DNA of 59,172 bases, from the NCBI GenBank assembly GCA_023246095.1, contig JAHFJA010000005.1:1-59172 (forward strand). The letters are read 5' to 3'. The notes beneath the pieces are model-generated. The model did not search any database, was not told where the DNA came from, and saw nothing but the letters and a program-made list of their open reading frames with translations. Made by a program: the position numbers and the translations under genes. Below are positions 56,351 through 59,172 of this stretch, piece after piece. The first letter of the stretch is position 1; each line of letters starts with the position of its first letter. Origin of the DNA: a bacterium (GTDB lineage Bacteria > Patescibacteriota > Patescibacteriia > JACQRZ01).

Positions 56351-57154
56351 TTAATTAATTTTGCTGCCAACTATACCACTCTTTAAACCAACAATGAAAT
56401 TATCCTTAGGGCCATCTGGCTCAATTATGTGAACCTTTGCGAAGCCGGCTTTTTTTAGTAATTCTGCGATTTCTTCTTTTGTAATAGTATAACTTCTTTT
56501 CAAAAATTCTCCTTCAAAATCTTCCCCTTTCACTTTGACTGTCCATCGATTTTCCCTTTTTTCCCAATCCATACTTCCAAACCATTCAATACCCACCCCT
56601 TTCCCGTCTGCACTATATTGCAGTGGTAACCTATATTCTAATGTCCCAGGATGATAGTGTTTTCCAAGCCCGATAACAACAAAACCATCTTGTTTTAAGA
56701 GATCATAGAAATTCTTAAGCACTATAGATACGCGCTGAAACACATCTTCACTACCTTCTGCAAAGGTACCCGTCTCAAACCATCCGTCCATGTACACCAA
56801 GGAATTGTCGCAATTAATAACGACATCAAATTTTTTATCAATCTTCTCTGCCAATTCCTGCCATGTGCCAGCCGACACAGGGATGGATATCTTCAAATTA
56901 CTAAACAATGATTGCAATATTTCGGCTGATTTTTTATCGGCATCGCTTGCTTCTAGATTTGTAAAGCCGTCTTTATATAAATCCGTTGACGGGAAGCCAC
57001 TTCCACATGCGGTATCCAAAACTGATAATTTCTTATCTCTAATTACGAACTCGAGAGCATCTCTGTAGTTTGCTCTATATTCGGACGAGTGCATCGCATC
57101 AGCTGCAATATGCCAAACCTCAGTTGCATCAAGAATTTTTTTGTGACTTGCCAT
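56351..57154 (-). CDS. Class I SAM-dependent methyltransferase, paralog 2
   Basis: VLDTACGSG, ASDAD, GTWQEL...FDVVINCDNSLVYMDGW; collinear with paralog 1. Confidence 0.8.
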   Translation of the reverse strand: MASHKKILDATEVWHIAADAMHSSEYRANYRDALEFVIRDKKLSVLDTACGSGFPSTDLYKDGFTNLEASDADKKSAEILQSLFSNLKISIPVSAGTWQELAEKIDKKFDVVINCDNSLVYMDGWFETGTFAEGSEDVFQRVSIVLKNFYDLLKQDGFVVIGLGKHYHPGTLEYRLPLQYSADGKGVGIEWFGSMDWEKRENRWTVKVKGEDFEGEFLKRSYTITKEEIAELLKKAGFAKVHIIEPDGPKDNFIVGLKSGIVGSKIN

Positions 57155-57168
57155 ATACTAATCAATAA

Positions 57169-57723
57169 TTATTTTTCTTGGGCCTTACTTTTCCGATACA
57201 CCAACGTATCATAACCATTTATAACACGATCTTCGGGACGTATTCCTAAACTTTTTAGGAATTCAAAAAGTTCATTCTGAATCGCTTCGGCGTTGGAATC
57301 ATCCGCTATCCTTTCAACTTCAATAAATGTACCAAGACCTTCAACTTCGTCAATGCAAATCTCCCAATCATTATACTGAGACTTACTTCGTGTCTTATGT
57401 ACTTGAACCACCTCATGAAAGCCCATATAGTGTAAAATTTCCTCCATCTCACCAGCGTCTTGGACTTCTGTTTCGTGTTCAATAACGTCTAATTCATTAC
57501 TTTTTGGCTGTTTTAATGTCAAAAGGAACCTTTCACCCGTCTCACGTATCCGAAGAATGTTGACATCCGTATGAAACTCATCAAAGACACCAAAATTGCT
57601 ATCCACAAAAATCGTATCATGTTGAACTATAGGAACAGACAAAATACAGCCCAATTCCTTGAGCTTATCGACAACCTCTTCTGGGTTGATCAGTTTTGCT
57701 TTAACTTCAATCTCTTTACGCAT
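57169..57723 (-). CDS. CYTH-family protein (class IV adenylate cyclase-like/triphosphate tunnel enzyme)
   Basis: EIEVK, LRIR, EHETEV, VHKTR, DEVEGLGTFIEVE. Confidence 0.9.
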   Translation of the reverse strand: MRKEIEVKAKLINPEEVVDKLKELGCILSVPIVQHDTIFVDSNFGVFDEFHTDVNILRIRETGERFLLTLKQPKSNELDVIEHETEVQDAGEMEEILHYMGFHEVVQVHKTRSKSQYNDWEICIDEVEGLGTFIEVERIADDSNAEAIQNELFEFLKSLGIRPEDRVINGYDTLVYRKSKAQEK

Positions 57724-57771
57724 TCTGTTCTTTTTTTTATATATATCACCCTTTCACTAGCTTCTCCTGTT

Positions 57772-58302
57772 TTACCATGTTTCAACATTTCCACTCGTCG
57801 TGTCATATCCCAATTCCTTTGCGCGATCGACTGCTTTTTTGAAAAAGTATATCCAATGATCGCAATCATGATTTTGGTTGCTCGCCTCCCAATTTTCCAT
57901 GATTTCTTGAGCGCTTGCCCAATGCAAGCTGAATGTTTCATGCTCTTCATGCTGCACATCTACGAGATGTACACTTTTTAATATCACCAAAAAGCACGTC
58001 GCGTGTGCCACTCGATTCACATTGCGTAATGTATTGCGATAGTGAGTAAATGCCTCCGCGATCTTTTCTACATGCAAAAAATCATGCAAGCCGCCTTCCT
58101 CGACTACCTCTCTCAATATCCCCTCTTGAATGTCTTCATTTTCATCCACACCACCAGAAAATAACCTGAAAAAGCCATTTGTCTGCTTGCCAACCGCATA
58201 TTTTTGCGTCGCGGGATCAAAAACGACAGCACAGCCACCATCGCGCCGTTCTTCATCTTCTCTTTTGATCCCAAATTCGGGGATATCAGTTGGTAGAATC
58301 AT
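57772..58302 (-). CDS. NUDIX hydrolase
   Basis: GGVDENEDIQEGILREVVEEGGL fits GX5EX7REUXEEXGU. Confidence 0.9.
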   Translation of the reverse strand: MILPTDIPEFGIKREDEERRDGGCAVVFDPATQKYAVGKQTNGFFRLFSGGVDENEDIQEGILREVVEEGGLHDFLHVEKIAEAFTHYRNTLRNVNRVAHATCFLVILKSVHLVDVQHEEHETFSLHWASAQEIMENWEASNQNHDCDHWIYFFKKAVDRAKELGYDTTSGNVETW

Positions 58303-58343
58303 ATAATTTTCAGCTTAATTTTCTCAGATGTCTAACAAATAGT

Positions 58344-59051
58344 CTATTCCCTCATCCCCAACACTGTCAAAAAACGAGCTTCTACTTGTCCTTCCCAGGT
58401 CGCGCAGTAGTGAGAGAAAAAATCAGGAGACTTTGCGGTATTGATATCCATAATTTCAATATTTCCTTCCGCGATTCCTTCGTCCTGTAGTTGCTGCTTG
58501 TTATATTCCACAATATCAACAGCAGTCTTTCCGTTTGGAAGGTCGGTAAGAAACGGTTTCCACGAAGGCATGGTTTTTTGTACGCAATTTTCAAAAATGT
58601 ATGATTCTTTATGTATGCCCGGACCGATACCGACAATGATATTTGCCGGATCGCACCCGTATACTTTTCCCATTTCCCGAACCACTTTACTAGCCAAGTG
58701 CTGGTCAGTGCTTTTCCAGCCACAATGAGCAAGACTAATGACTGATTGCATCGGATCGTAAAAGAGTATCGGCAAACAATCCGCTGTCAACATAAGGAAA
58801 TAGATCCCTTTTTCTGCCGTCATCATCGCGTCGGCATTGGCAATCGTTTTTCGTTCTAACGAAGAATGGGTATCTTTTTTTGATACATAGACAATATCGG
58901 CGCCATGCACCAGTGAAAGCATTGCACAATTATCTGTTGGAACATACAACGATTCTAAAAACTTCTTTCGATTCTGTGTGACTTCACCCTCGTCTCCCCA
59001 CATATATGACATATTTCCGTCTTTCGCTGTCGAAAAACCGTGAGTGAGGTT
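58344..59051 (-). pseudogene. pgeF: PgeF/YfiH-family purine nucleoside phosphorylase (laccase domain), 5' end interrupted by an IS
   Basis: LVHG, TADCLP and AHCGWK triad motifs intact. The first 34 codons of the tracked ORF (59153-59052) are IS-end sequence; native homology starts at NLTHGFST. Confidence 0.65.
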
Positions 59052-59172
59052 TGATCTGTACCCCAAAAAGTGGACACGCAAGTGTCCTCTTTTTGTATCT
59101 GCTAGAATATAACTACTAACAAACAGACATATGAGCAAACGGGTCTTCACCACAGAACAGGTTGAGGAGTTG
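59052..59172 (+). mobile_element. Left end of a putative IS3-family insertion sequence (partial)
   Basis: TGATCTGTACCCCAAAAAGTGGACA resembles IS3/IS150-group left inverted repeats; followed by a hairpin and an ORF starting at 59131. Confidence 0.65.
59131..59172 (+). CDS. Start of putative IS3-family transposase OrfA (partial)
   Basis: MSKRVFTTEQVEEL, resembling N-termini of IS3 HTH OrfA proteins; only 14 codons visible. Confidence 0.5.
   Translation, partial: MSKRVFTTEQVEEL

Noticed and set aside
1288-58929. Numerous antisense or overlapping short ORFs in the track (e.g. 1288-1839, 7992-8420, 16862-17488, 23979-24338)
   Set aside because: They lie opposite well-supported genes and show no recognisable motifs; treated as shadow ORFs.
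1-59172. CRISPR array, rRNA, prophage, retroelement or intein
   Set aside because: No regularly spaced nucleotide repeats, rRNA-like segments, phage genes or RT motifs seen; NrdJ is of normal length without intein motifs.
1-59172. Alternative genetic code 25 (TGA = Gly)
   Set aside because: Core genes translate full length under code 11, and TGA ends genes at sensible positions (archease-like, response regulator, GH130, PMI).

Overview
59 kb of a gene-dense, AT-rich bacterial chromosome in the standard genetic code (TGA acts as a stop). Gene content points to Patescibacteria/CPR, probably Parcubacteria (inference): few Shine-Dalgarno motifs, DUF4012 and GT2 cluster, short HolB, HTH-nucleotidyltransferase protein, recurring surface repeats. 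The left half is mostly core: rlpA-like/ftsE/ftsX, three tRNAs (Gln-UUG, Gly-CCC, Thr-CGU), ftsB, rplJL with a complete L10-leader attenuator, mltG, rseP, frr, holB, a glycosyltransferase/mreB cluster, a TrxB-like enzyme and pepA. The right half is accessory. Highlights: (1) a four-gene operon that could take up B12, adenosylate it and use it for dNTP synthesis (nrdJ, pduO, DUF4430 transcobalamin-like binder, solitary S-component); (2) an OmpR-family regulon readable from the DNA, with three identically spaced CTTCA-N6-CTTCA boxes in front of the regulator itself, a Spy-like protein and a MacAB-like operon; (3) a TrxB-fold flavoprotein lacking CxxC, directly downstream of a 46-aa CxxC/CxxC protein missing from the ORF track; (4) three GH130 domains with a phosphomannose isomerase; (5) AsnB converging on two GSMT-like methyltransferase paralogs; (6) the left end of an IS3-like element inserted in pgeF at the window edge. 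No rRNA, CRISPR array or prophage was seen. Family assignments come from motif recognition, not database searches.
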